The notes under the pieces: model-generated
Told to the model about the DNA's origin: nothing
Database searches by the model: none
The model's input: the letters and a program-made list of their open reading frames with translations, nothing else
Shown: positions 27,584-39,900 of the stretch, one piece after another
Layout: every line of letters begins with the position of its first letter
Position numbering within the stretch: position 1 is the stretch's first letter
NCBI RefSeq assembly: GCF_021869535.1
Contig: NW_026262582.1
Span: 8,680,001 to 8,744,000, forward strand
Reading direction: 5' to 3'
Length of the DNA stretch: 64,000 nucleotides
Origin: Mytilus californianus
Taxonomy: Eukaryota
Made by a program: the position numbers and the translations under genes

Positions 27584-28674
27584 TTAGCTCACCTGACCCG
27601 AAGGGTCAAGTGAGCTTTTCTCATCACTTGGCGTCCGTCGTCCGTCGTCCGTCGTCGTCGTCGTCGACGTCGTCGTCGTCGTCGTCGTCGTCGTCCGTCG
27701 TCGTTAGCTTTTTACAAAAATCTTCTCCTCTGAAACCACTGGGCCAAATTTAACCAAACTTGGCCACATTCATCATTAGGGTATCTAGTTTAAAAAATGT
27801 GTCCGATGACCCCGCCAATCAACCAAGATTGCCGCCATGGCTAAAAATAGAACATAGGGATAAAATGTAGATTTTGGCTTATATCTCTGAAACCAAAGCA
27901 TTTAGAGGTAATCTGACATGGGGGTAAAACTGATTATCAGGTCAAGATCTATCTGCCCTGAAATTTTCAGACAAATCTGACAACCTGTTGTTGGGTTGCT
28001 GCCCCTGAATTGGTAATTTTAAGGAAATTTTGCAGTTTTTGGTTATTATCTTGAATATTATTATAGATAGAGATAAACTGTAAACAGCAATAATGTTCAG
28101 CAAAGTAAGATCTACAAATAAGTTGTCATGACCAAAATTGTCAGTCGACCCCTTTAGGAGTTATTGCCCTTAATAATCAATTTTTAACAATTTTTTGATA
28201 ATTTTTGTAATCTTTTACAAAAATCTTCTTCTCTGAAACTACTGATACAAATTTAACCATACTTGGCCATAATCATTATTAGGGTATCTAGTTTTAAAAT
28301 TTGTCCGATGACCCCGCCAACTAACCAAGATGGCCGCCATGGCTAAAAATAGAACATAGGGGTAAAATGCAGTTTTTGGTTTATATCTCTGAAACTAAAG
28401 CATTTAGAGCAAATCTGACAGGTGGCAAAAATGTTCATCAGATTTAGATTTATCTGCCCTGAAATTTTCAGACAAATCCGACGACCCGTTGTTGGGTTGC
28501 TGACCCTGAGTTAGTAATTTTACAAAAATTTGGCAGTTTTTTGTTATTATCTTAGATATCATTATAATAGCTAATATCTAATACTATTAATTATGATTTT
28601 AACCTTATTTTACATGATTTCCAAAGCATCAGTAAATACAGGTGAGCGACACAGGCTCTTGAGAGCCTCTAGTT
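27584..28674 (+). mobile_element. Helentron-associated non-autonomous element (HINE/DINE-1-like), unit 1
   Basis: 5' AGCTCACCTGA...TCAAGTGAGCT hairpin, (GTC)n microsatellite, two ~500-bp internal tandem repeats, 3' CAGGTGAGC subterminal inverted repeat plus AGGCTC-TTGA-GAGCCT stem-loop. Inserted in a T-run without TSD; empty site in unit 3 at about 58677-58682. Confidence 0.8.
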
Positions 28675-28754
28675 TATATAGGTCAAATATTGCTGTCTTT
28701 GTTACTTTTTATAAGTGTAAACATGGTATGCAATTTCACTGAAATATTACTCTC

Positions 28755-29035
28755 TGTAGTGCTGCATAAGTTTTTCTCAATAATGCTACATAAGCTTTTT
28801 AAATGTTTCTCAATGTTGTGCTTGGTAAATGTTTCTCAATGTAGGGCTTGATAAGTGTATCTCAATTTTGTGCTTGATAAGAGTATCTCAATGTTGTTCT
28901 TGAAAAATGTATCTCAATGTTGTGCTTGGTAAATGTTTCTCAATGTAGTGCTTGATAAATTTTTCTCAATGTAGTGCTTGATAAATGTTTCTCAATGTAG
29001 TGCTTGATCAGTTTAAACAGTGTAGTGCTGCATTA
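28755..29035 (+). repeat. 26-bp minisatellite (AAATGTTTCTCAATGTAGTGCTTGAT)n between the convergent genes
   Basis: About 8-9 degenerate units; also present at about 45418-45698 and 58760-59040. Confidence 0.85.
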
Positions 29036-30907
29036 ATTTTATTTTTAAAGGAACACTGCTAATGCAATTGATTTATCCACAATAAATGACACAATTGATA
29101 AATAATATAGATATATTAAAGTTAGGCCTGTGTTTAATCAGTTAATCAATTGCAATTTGAGTTTTTACCACTTTTTTTGTGAATTTACGTGTCATTCTGA
29201 AAGTTTTAACCCAATCTTGACTTTTAATTATTATGGTTAAACATTTGTTTAAGGGTGGCCAAAAAACTCAGTATGTCAACTTTGTCCACTGTTATTGTAC
29301 ATACATGTAAATAATTTTTTTTGGATCTGTATTGCTTTTGAAATTTGTATATTTATGTTGACTGCATATGAATCCATTGTTTCACAAAGTTTTTTTTTGT
29401 TGCTCATGTTGAATATGTTTTTCTGAATGAAATGAATAAAATTATTAAATGATAATTTGTGCTGTACATACATCTTCAACGTATGCCATAATAAATATAT
29501 TCCTAGATTCTGTATAGTTTTGTTACTAATTATTTTTTAAAAACTGACAGACAGAAGTGAATTTAGGAATTTATTTATGATGGCCTAGCTAATGATTATG
29601 AATACACATCTATTTCCATATAAAAATATGTTGTATGGTTAGATTGCCAATGAGACAATTTTCCAATATGTCAATAAAAACAAAACAATAAAATTAAAGA
29701 TTGCCCAGTAACACGTTATGGTTTCCATGTGACCTGCAACAATAAGCAAAAACAAGTTGGTATTGTAAGTTATAAAAGACCCTTGAAATAAAAAAAATCT
29801 GAAATGATTCTACAGAGAACAAAAGAAAACCATTGAATTAAAGAATCCTGGCTCTTGATGTGAAAATCAGTATGAAAGGGACGATTGATTAAATCAGGAC
29901 TATGCACAAAAACAAATAACCGAAAGGTAAACGCCAAAGTTAGTTCAAAGCCCAATTTCAACAAATAAACCATGTTCTCAAAGACTAAACATCTAAAATG
30001 TCCATCATTACACTGCTATAGATTTAGGGATTAATTACTGCTTGCTTAATGTAGCAATTATTTCATGCATATTCATGACAATACAGATTTAATTAAGTGT
30101 AAAGACACAATGCAAGCAGTCTCATAAATGCAGGAATCAGGATACATATATATTTGCTACAAGTCATTCCCTAAGTGCTTTTTAAGCAGCATTGGGTGCG
30201 TCTTGGTACATGTATGTACATTTGAACGAGTCCATTTCATACACAATACAGATAAGAAAGGACCCTGGTTAAACACTTTTCAGGACCTCACGTACTGCTA
30301 CCCATAATATTTATTATTCACTTGGTCTAGTCCTGAATATGCACGAAGGGTATGACCCTGTGGCTGTTCGACCACTTTTAAGCCCTAACTGTCATATTTA
30401 TTTTTCACTTGTTCTAGTCCTGAATATAGATGAAATGTTTGCCACTGGACAAAAAGAAAACAATCAATCAAAAGAGAATAAATAGAATCATCAAAAATTC
30501 TTAACAGTACACAGACAACACTAACTACCATTTCCTCTGAAAAAACAGACACACAAACCACCACATGCTCCCCATAGCCAGACAAGGTATAGGCACCCAA
30601 TGTGAAATCCCCAAAATTAATACAAAGAACAACACATGGAAATCAATTGAAGTCTGAGTGATAACATTCATTATACAAATTACATTCTGTATTTAGTATT
30701 TAATAAATATATATTATGGCATGTGAAAGAAATTGAGAGTATTTATTCATGCGTATGTATATCATGTATATGAGCGTCCTGGAACTTACAAAAAAACAAT
30801 TCACTGAAAATATATAAAAATCTTTGGTTTTTGAAAGGTCATTTATATTTTTCATGTAGTTCATATCAAAGAAATGCTGTCCAGACAATGTATATGAATA
30901 TAGTTGT

Positions 30908-33602
30908 TTAAGAAGAATGCTTAGCATGTCCAATAATCACAGCAATGTTCTCCGCATATTGGTGTTTTAAGTAAGGAAACAATTCCAGAATCTGTTGTAC
31001 TGTCTCTAGACGTTCTCTAGAACTGCAGATTTTTTCAATCAGATCAAGGGACAGTCCTGTTGATGGAATATTGTTTGGCATTTCTGTAATTTCGCTTTCA
31101 GCCTTGAACTATTGAAACAATAAAGACCTTAACACTTCTTTATTGTCAGTTTCAAGCTTCATTTTCTTTGATTTTTTCGGTAATTCCTCAGTCATGTCAG
31201 TTTCTAGTAAAGGTTCATAGCAAAGTAAACAGTCACAATGTTTCTCACAGTTATCACAACAGTCGTGACCATCAACCTTTCTGGCAAACTCACTTCCAAA
31301 ATATTTGCATAAATTTTCCCACCTACAATCTGTTGTCATAACAAAGTCTCTAACTTCCTGATCAACAGGCATATTTTTTCCTAGATCGTACTTGTTGTAG
31401 TAAAGTGTTGCTGTTGAAAAAATTCCATCTCTGCCTGCTCGTCCAACTTCCTGAAGATATGCTGAAAAGAAAGCAAAAGATTAGTAACATTCAAATATAC
31501 TACAATACATGTGTACATGCATCCATTAACACAAAAACACTACAATAAATTATTTTAGTGGGGGGGGGGGGGGGGGTCTGAAGAGATACAATGGCAAGTG
31601 ACTCCTTAATGAAAAAGGTAGGTACATGTATCTGATATATTATCATTAGTGTGAATCAATTTTATGGTCTCCTCTTCTCTGTGAATATTGCATACATGTA
31701 CATGTACATGCATGACTTGTATGAATATATTATTCAAAGGAAATATACTGAATAGGTTTGTTTCAGTTGTTTTATATTTGTCATTTCTGGACCTTTTATA
31801 ACTGACTATGCAGTATGGATTTTGCTCATTGTTGAAGATCGCACGGTGACTTGTAATTGTTTTTTTATTCATGTGTTTGTCACTTGGCCTCGGGTGGAGA
31901 GTTGTCTCATTGGCAATTATACTACATTTCCTTATTTTTACATTCTAGCACATCAACTTACTTTCCAAAGAGCTAGGAACCCCATAGTGTACCACTTGTC
32001 TTATATCAGGAGCATCAGTACCCATGCTATAGGCTTCTGTTGCAAACAGGAGACGTAGACTACCACAATTCATCTGCTCAACAACTTCTGCTTTAAACTG
32101 TGAAATAATTAATAATTACTTAAATTATAATACATATCATGACATAATCAGACATCAATTTAACAAAATTTATTATAAAAAATGAGCTTTCAGGCTACAT
32201 GTAGTTTGCATATCATGCACATACTTATCGAAAATGTTAAAAAAGAACAAAGTAATCCATATTCGTAATCATACAACGAATACATGTATATACATCTGCT
32301 CACATTTGATGAAATAATTGCCAAGATTAAAAAGGGCGCAGGAAATTTTTTCTTTGCTGAATATTCATTTTCATCAGTCATGTCAGTAACTAGTTCAGCT
32401 TGTTATTATTTTTGTGGTCGACAAAAATTTACTATTACGTGTACTCATTTATTTCCTACAGTATAATTCTTTTGAAGAATATCTATTTTCACCCTGTCTT
32501 TGAAAAGATTATCAGTTCTCAACGGGTCAGGATAATATTTTCAAATTCTACCCCTCCCCCTTTCTTAATATCAAACAGTTGTCCCCTAAATACTTTTTAG
32601 GTCTAAAATCACCTTTTCTGTACATGGTGCATGGTACTGGGAAACAATTGTCTTAACTTCCTCACAAACTGAAGTCCCATCTTCCTCTGGCTTCATGGTC
32701 AATTGGTAGCCTTCTGCACACCACTTTAACTTTGAATAGACTACAGTTTTCGGAAATTTGTCTTTGTTTTTCCTCAGATCACTGATGAGTGGACTGATTA
32801 CTGTCCTGAATGAGTCCAGAGTATTCTGTGGTGGCCTTTTTTCACACAGCAATTTAATATTGTCTCTAACAATTGATGATTTAACAACATGAACTTTTTT
32901 CAAACATAGGGATTTTTCAATTGTTTCACACGTCTTTTGTGTTGCAGTTCCAGTCAATGCTAATACTCGGGAAAGAGGAAAGACTAATCTGAGCTGTGAA
33001 ATCTTTTTGTAGTCTGTTCTGAAATCATTTCCCCATTTTTCAATACAATGTGCTTCATCTACTATGATGTAAGTCACCTTCTCTTGCCAACAAGAGTTCT
33101 TGAAAATGTCAAATACTGTCTTGTTAAGTATGTGCTCAGGATGTCCTATTACAAAGCGATAATTTGACTGTCTAAATCTGCAGACATCACACACACAATG
33201 TTCTTCACTGTTTATACCAAGATCACATTGGTTCTCCTTCAATTTCTCTATAAATCCCATTGTTATACAAACAGCGTCTTTCCCATACCTTTGTAATTGT
33301 TCAGTTATGATTGGATTTAATGGACTTACTATCAAAACTGTCGGTATCTGCTTGTAATTTTGATATGACAAAGTTTCAAAAATTAAGGATTTTCCATATC
33401 CAGTGCGAAGACACGCAATTATGTCACTTTCCTTTAATAAATTTATGCAATCTGCTTGTTTAGGCTTATGAAAGTTATATTCAGTTTGTCTTTTCATGTT
33501 TATGCACGATAAAGCATACTTCAAACCTAAACTGTTCTCAAATTTACTTAGTATTGTTGTATTGAATCTGCCGACTATGGAGGACGCCATTGTTGTTGTC
33601 AT
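30908..33602 (-). pseudogene. RecQ-like SF2 helicase, unit 1 (TAG truncating the C-terminus)
   Basis: Exons 33602-32613, 32097-31962, 31461-30908. TAG at 31109-31111 where unit 2 has TAT; the helicase core and Cys-rich region are retained. Confidence 0.8.
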
Positions 33603-33936
33603 ATTTAGCTTTCCCAGTGTGCATTGCGCGACAAAATTAGGACTAACCAATCACTGACAGGTAGCCTGGCATCCCGGCCCGATATCTAGCTGCGCGTCGT
33701 ATGGGCCAGGTGGGGAACAAATACCACGTGATCGATTCAGTGCCAGTTGACTCTGAATCTAAAGTGAGGCTGAATAAATATATGCATAATCTTGTAAACA
33801 ACAAAAATGGCTTCAACGATCTACCAAATTATGATGTTAATAAGGAAAAAATGTGGCTCCCTTTAGATATACTGGAAAACTTTCGGTGATGACATTAAAT
33901 TATGTATTTATAAGTTTTATAGTGCTATTGGTCGTG
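33603..33936. promoter_or_regulatory. Putative divergent promoter region formed at the unit 1/2 junction (also 50473-50806)
   Basis: 334 bp between the head-to-head helicase and transposase start codons. CpG-rich relative to the flanks, with CCAAT (33647-33651) and CACGTG. Function is inferred only. Confidence 0.35.
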
Positions 33937-36900
33937 ATGGATCCATCGAGACAGTTTGGTACACCCAGGAAATCTTCCAAATTGTGCTGTGTATGTGGGA
34001 CAACACCGAAAGAAAAGCGAAGTGTAAATGGAAAAAAAAAAGCAGGGAAAAATATTTCGGTATTACTGGCAAGGTATGGACAGATTACCGTTTCAGAAGG
34101 GTGTTTGTGCAGAAGCTGCTATGAGAAATTATTGAAAATCGACCAAACTGTTTTAGACTTTAGAAATAAATGTCAATCTTCAAAACCAGGTGTCAAAAGG
34201 TGTTTGAGTGACATAACCTCCATGAGCAATATAAGTGAAATCAATGTTAGTACAATTTCTCCGTCACCAGTTGCAATGTCCTTATTTCAAACGCCTAACT
34301 CAAGCCATTCACGGTCACAAGTTGCAGTGTCTCTATTTCAAACGCCTGTTGTTGTTAACAATAAGATTAACATTGAGAGTCCAGTGACTCCTGTGCTTCG
34401 GACTATAACTCCAAAACCAGTCAAAAGATCATTGTTAGATGACAGCGGATATATGTCTTCGTCTATATGTCCCAGCCCTATAGCAGTTTCCATAATGCCA
34501 TCACCAGTGGTCAAGCAAACTGACCATTGCTACAGCAAGACTGTCACGAGTACTCCAAAGCCAAAATCAGCACCATTGGTAAGATATTTTTATAGTTTTT
34601 ATGTCATTGAATAAGAAGAATAAGAATAAGAATAGTTTTATTTGTCAATCAAGACGCCCATGAAGAGCAGAATAATTAATACAATGTATGATATATACAT
34701 TTGATTAACATATTGATTTTGTTGATTACAGTGATGAAAAAAATAAAACCAAAAAAAAACAAAAAAACATTTGTTATGGTCTATAAAGGACTTAAAATCA
34801 TATATAATGACCTAATTTTTTGGATATGTATGCACAACCCAGTCTTCTTTGTTATTATAGACTGAATAATTTATATCTTATAAAAATAACATACATTTTT
34901 ATTGTAAATTAATATTTATTTCATTGTATTTTATTCAATATTAAAGAAACGTTGCTTCTGATTCAACAAATCTTGCTTTCAGGTTGAACAGTTTCCATTG
35001 TCAGTAATTTAATAAAATGAATATAAATATTAATAACTACTAGTAGCACTGTAGTGTAATCACAAACAACTTACAATGTATACTTTGAAAAATGTTGAAG
35101 TGACAAAATTAGCAGAAAACGCCCACCTTTTTTTACAATTGTTATTGTATACATTGTACCACTAATATCTTATCAAGGATTATGGGGTAGGTGTCAACGA
35201 AACAACCCCTTATAATAACAAAATAATTTAAACTTAATAAATATTGTTAATGTCTAATGTAATTATGAATTAAAATACATGTACATGTATCTTTGCACCT
35301 GCCCACATCATTTGAAATGTTAAATGTATTAACCCAAACATTTAGTTCAACAATTCTACGTGTATGCATGTACATGTAGAATCAAACAATATTGCCAACT
35401 TGGACAACTGTAAGCTAAAGTAGTATTCATGTGAACTAATAATTTTTCAGGCTTCAAAGAGTTCTACTAATACTCCAGTAAACCATGAGGGGGCAGATGA
35501 AAATGTTACAGTTACAGTACCATCTTTAAGCAAAACTGAAAAAGCACATCTTGCTTCATTACTACATTCTGGTGGATACATCTCACACATTGGAGATCTG
35601 TTGTTAAAAAATAAAGATTTTTTGAAACATGTGACAAATTACTTCCAAACTGAAAGTGAGGAGAAAATGAAAATTCTAAATAAAGAAAAACATGGATTTG
35701 TTAGTGTTCTGATGAAAAAAACATGTGACAATATGTATGGATTTTCCTGGGACAAAATTTGTGAAGAATTTAAAAGTCAGTTTCCCTTACTTGCAAGCAT
35801 AGTGGAAGGTATAATGTCTTCTGGGGAGAAAAATAGAGACAAGATATTGCCAAGGATGGGAATGGTGTATGCAGTTTGTGCACAGACAAGACACCACAAG
35901 CTAAGCTTAGTGCAGAGGATGATGACTCTATGCCTGTTAGACAACATAGCAGATCAAAAGGTATTGTGATATTATATTATTGGATTGTAAATTGGACAAT
36001 ATGTGTCGGTTCAAAGTTTGTAATATAAATTTAGAAAAGATTATAATGTTTTTATTACTTTATAAATGTTGAAAGAGCTCGAGCTTTTAAAAATATCTTT
36101 TGTTAAATAAAACTCAAAAAGTTTTCTATTTGAATTGTCTTAATTACTGACTTTTTTTCTCAATTATAAATGATACGATGATGTACATTGTATGTAATAA
36201 AAATTTCTCTTATAAAAATGATAAACAGATCTTAATAGAAATAAAAAAGGAAAGCAAAACCAACTACATGTATCATGTGATGTATATATTTCAACCTTTT
36301 TCTCAACATGCTCAAATTCATTTTATAGCCTAGGTGATAACTAGTAGATGTAAGTATTGGGTGGTTGTGTGTATAAATGTATTACTTTATTCTGTGTATA
36401 CGGTACTCTTTTCTTTAGATACAAATGTACATGTATTCGATAGCATAGTTTGTAAGTGCTTCAGTAGTTGGAAAGTTACAAAGCATATATAGCTGTATAT
36501 TATATGGAACAAGCAAATCATGTTCATATGTACACAATTTATAAATTAAAAGATTAACATGTTTTACAAATTTTCCACTTTTCACCTATAAATGTAATGA
36601 AAAGCAACAAAAAAACGTAACCTAAAAAACATCAGTGACTGTACTTACACATGATGTCATTCCCTGCTGGAGCACTTTTGCCTGTAGTATATATCTAGAT
36701 GTATGTGTACATGTACTGTTTGTAGTTTATTATTATTTTCAAGTATATCATTGCATGGTTGTGGGACAATTGTATTAATAATGCATTACTTCTATTCTTT
36801 ATTTCATACATGTGTTAGCCATGTTTAGCCATGCACATTCTTTACTTAGGACTTTTTTAAAAGATATACGCATACAAATGTAGATATAAGAAGATGCGGT

Positions 36901-39900
36901 ATGAATGCCAATGAGACAACTCTCTATCAAGAGTCTATATACAAATAGAATTCTCATTTATTAAAAAAGATTATAATTTAAACCCTATCATAAAGACAGT
37001 AAACATACTAATGTATACACAGGCCATAGTGTGAACTTGTTTTGCTGTATGATATAAAAACTAATATATATATATATATACACTGTATATATATATATAT
37101 ATATACATAAGGTCAAAGACATGTTTTTCCCCATCCAGATATCCAACATGAATCATTGAATGTCCTTAAGAAATGAAGAATAAGAATTAATTTACGTGAG
37201 CAGTCATTTTATGTCTCTTTTGAATAGGAATTAATTTATACAAGCAATGTGTGTCTTTTAGAATCAGAATATATTTTTGTTCAGTATAGAAGGGGAAAAA
37301 TATGACATGTAAGAGATACTCATCAATGACTTACACTAAAAAAACAGTAAAATTACAGAAAAGCAAAGGAACTGCTCTTTTATTGTTGGTTTTCATCTAA
37401 GTCATAATGGTCACAGAGCCTTCAACACTTTTCAGAACATGAAATAATTAAAAATACATGTAGCCTACATGCATGTGGCATTGTGCAATGTAAATGTTTG
37501 ACAATTCAATGCAAACAAAACATTGTATATGTACATCTAGTGCAAATTCATAAAAGGGGAATGGAATTAAATTTGAAGTTTTTTTTTTATATAACTGCAG
37601 TTTTTGTTGTCCTTTACTTTTTATGGTTTTTTCCCATGTGTTACTGTCTTTTGCCCTTTTAGATACATGTGTACATGTGAATTAAGTCGTAAAATTGAAA
37701 TCTAATTCACACCTTGGCGGCTTGGCCATGTGAAATCTTATAGTTTTAACTTTCTCACCAGGTGATTGCTGATAAGAATTTACCTGTTTCTGCTTACTAA
37801 TTATGATCAGACTGATAATTACATATGGTAATACTGTACATCAATTTATAAAGAAAAATAAATACTGTCTAATTTTTACTTATTGATGTTAAACAAAAAT
37901 TTGATACAGATGTCAAATGCAAAACAGACTTAAAAAAGAGTATCATATTTTATCTAAAAATAATCATTATCATGATTATAACTTAAATTTTATAACATAT
38001 ATGGTTTGAAAAGTTTTGATGTATTGTTTCTCTTTATATATCTGAACATTCAATTAGGCAGACATTGATAGTTTTAATATGCTTAAATATATATATAGCT
38101 GTATCGATTGTATAGAATTTGAAAAAGCTAAATTATATATATAAATTCTTCTGGCTAGCATACATGTACATGTAAATGTGTACTGAACGACTGCTTAGAC
38201 AAAGCTCATCATGAACAATGGTCTAGAAATTAAAAAAAATTGAATGCATTTTTTTTACATCGCAAACCACTTGATACATGTATGTGATATACATGTATGT
38301 TGAATTCAATTTTTTTTTTAAATGTTTGAAATTTGAAGAAAACCTGTATTACTGATACGCATACACATACTTTATGAGGCCTCCTTATTTTCTACCTTGT
38401 CATGACTCTTAAAAATCTTCCACTGAAGTATGTAAGAAGTACATGTACATGTATTTGAAACAAAAATATTTAACAACAATGACAATCAGAGACATGAATG
38501 AAAAGTAACTAAATCAAACTGTGGTAAACATTTTACTTTGACATTAATATAAATTTTAGTGCCATAATTTGATACAGATGTATGTAAACTCCTAATTTCA
38601 AACTCTTAACAGTCTATTATAAACCTGCCAAAGGATCATTGACAAGAACTTCATTTTATATTTACAATATGTATAGAATCTGTTGAAAAGGGAAAATTTC
38701 ATTCATTGCATGCATACACCAGTTCAATAAAAAAAATAATAAATTTATTAGGTGCACATGTGCATGATGTGTATCCATGACCTTATGTACAAATGTTAGT
38801 TGTACATTGACATACATGTATTGTGTTGAAGCTGGACTGCTATGTGTAATTCATCAAAACTAGTCAACAGTTGTTGTTATTTACAATGTAATTAAATGAT
38901 TCAGTAACAATATGCTAATTTTTATGCCCCGGCTGTAGTGGAGGGGGCATTAATTTTTACCCTTGTCCGTCTGTACGTCCCAAATTGGGTTTCCTTTCTT
39001 TAACTTTAGTTTGCCTCAACCAAATGTTATGAAACTTATACACAATGCTCATTACTATAAAATACAGATCAAGTGTGAAATTGGGTGGCGTCACTTATAT
39101 CGTTCTTGAGTTATGCCCCTTTCTAAACATAAAAATTGCTGAATTTTTCGTTTCCGTTCTTTAACTTTTGTTTGCCTCAACCAAATGTTACAGTACTGCC
39201 TGTGACATTATCTTATTAATGGTGGCCATAAAAAATATGGTCACCATGATGGCCCTAAATGTCCATCATTATACCTCCTGTTGCTTAATTAATACACAAG
39301 GTATTAATCAAAAACTTGTCAATGATAAAGGGAAATCATGACTGCATTGAAGTGTTAAAATTATATAACTTACAGGTAAAGTGTCTCAGGTAAAATATAT
39401 GTGTTTGTCAAATTTAATAACTGTGATTATGACAAGAAAATTCTAAAATAAAATGAAATAAAAAAACTAGTTGAACATAAAGCTTCCTAACCTTTTTTTG
39501 TAAAAATTTTATCATCACTGTTTGTTTTATTATGTTATACCTTTTAAATAATTCTGTCAATTAAAGTTATTTTTTATATGTATTTTTAGGCAAGTGAATA
39601 ACAAATGAATATCATCTTCTAATATAATGCAAACTTTCACCCTGCCTTTTTCCATTAAAAAGGTGTTTCTCAAATTAATTTTCTAAAATCAAAATTGTTT
39701 ATACTTACTGCATTTAACATTAACAAATGTTTAAGATTATCTTTAGGACTTATTCTATATAAAATTAAGGCAAATCATTATTTCGCTATTGAATAACTAC
39801 ATGTATATTCAAAATAATCATTACAGAAAAATTTAATAATATTTTTATTGTCATATAAACATATTACAATTAAATCAAGTTTCTGACAACAACAAAAAAC

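Larger units (their letters stand above)
17191..33661 (+). mobile_element. AcademH unit 1 (16,471 bp; outermost; both genes carry a nonsense codon)
   Basis: Starts at the left TIR, ends at ACTGACAGG (33653-33661) and lacks the terminal 56 bp, which are found at 63556-63611. Confidence 0.88.

Noticed and set aside
28755-29035. CRISPR-like appearance of the 26-bp repeats
   Set aside because: Units are contiguous without unique spacers, and the context is eukaryotic with spliced genes.
33653-33670. Array as a concatemer from a circular or rolling-circle intermediate
   Set aside because: Such junctions should join right TIR to left TIR. Here the right 56 bp are absent at the junctions and reappear after a 9-bp duplication, which fits insertion into the element.
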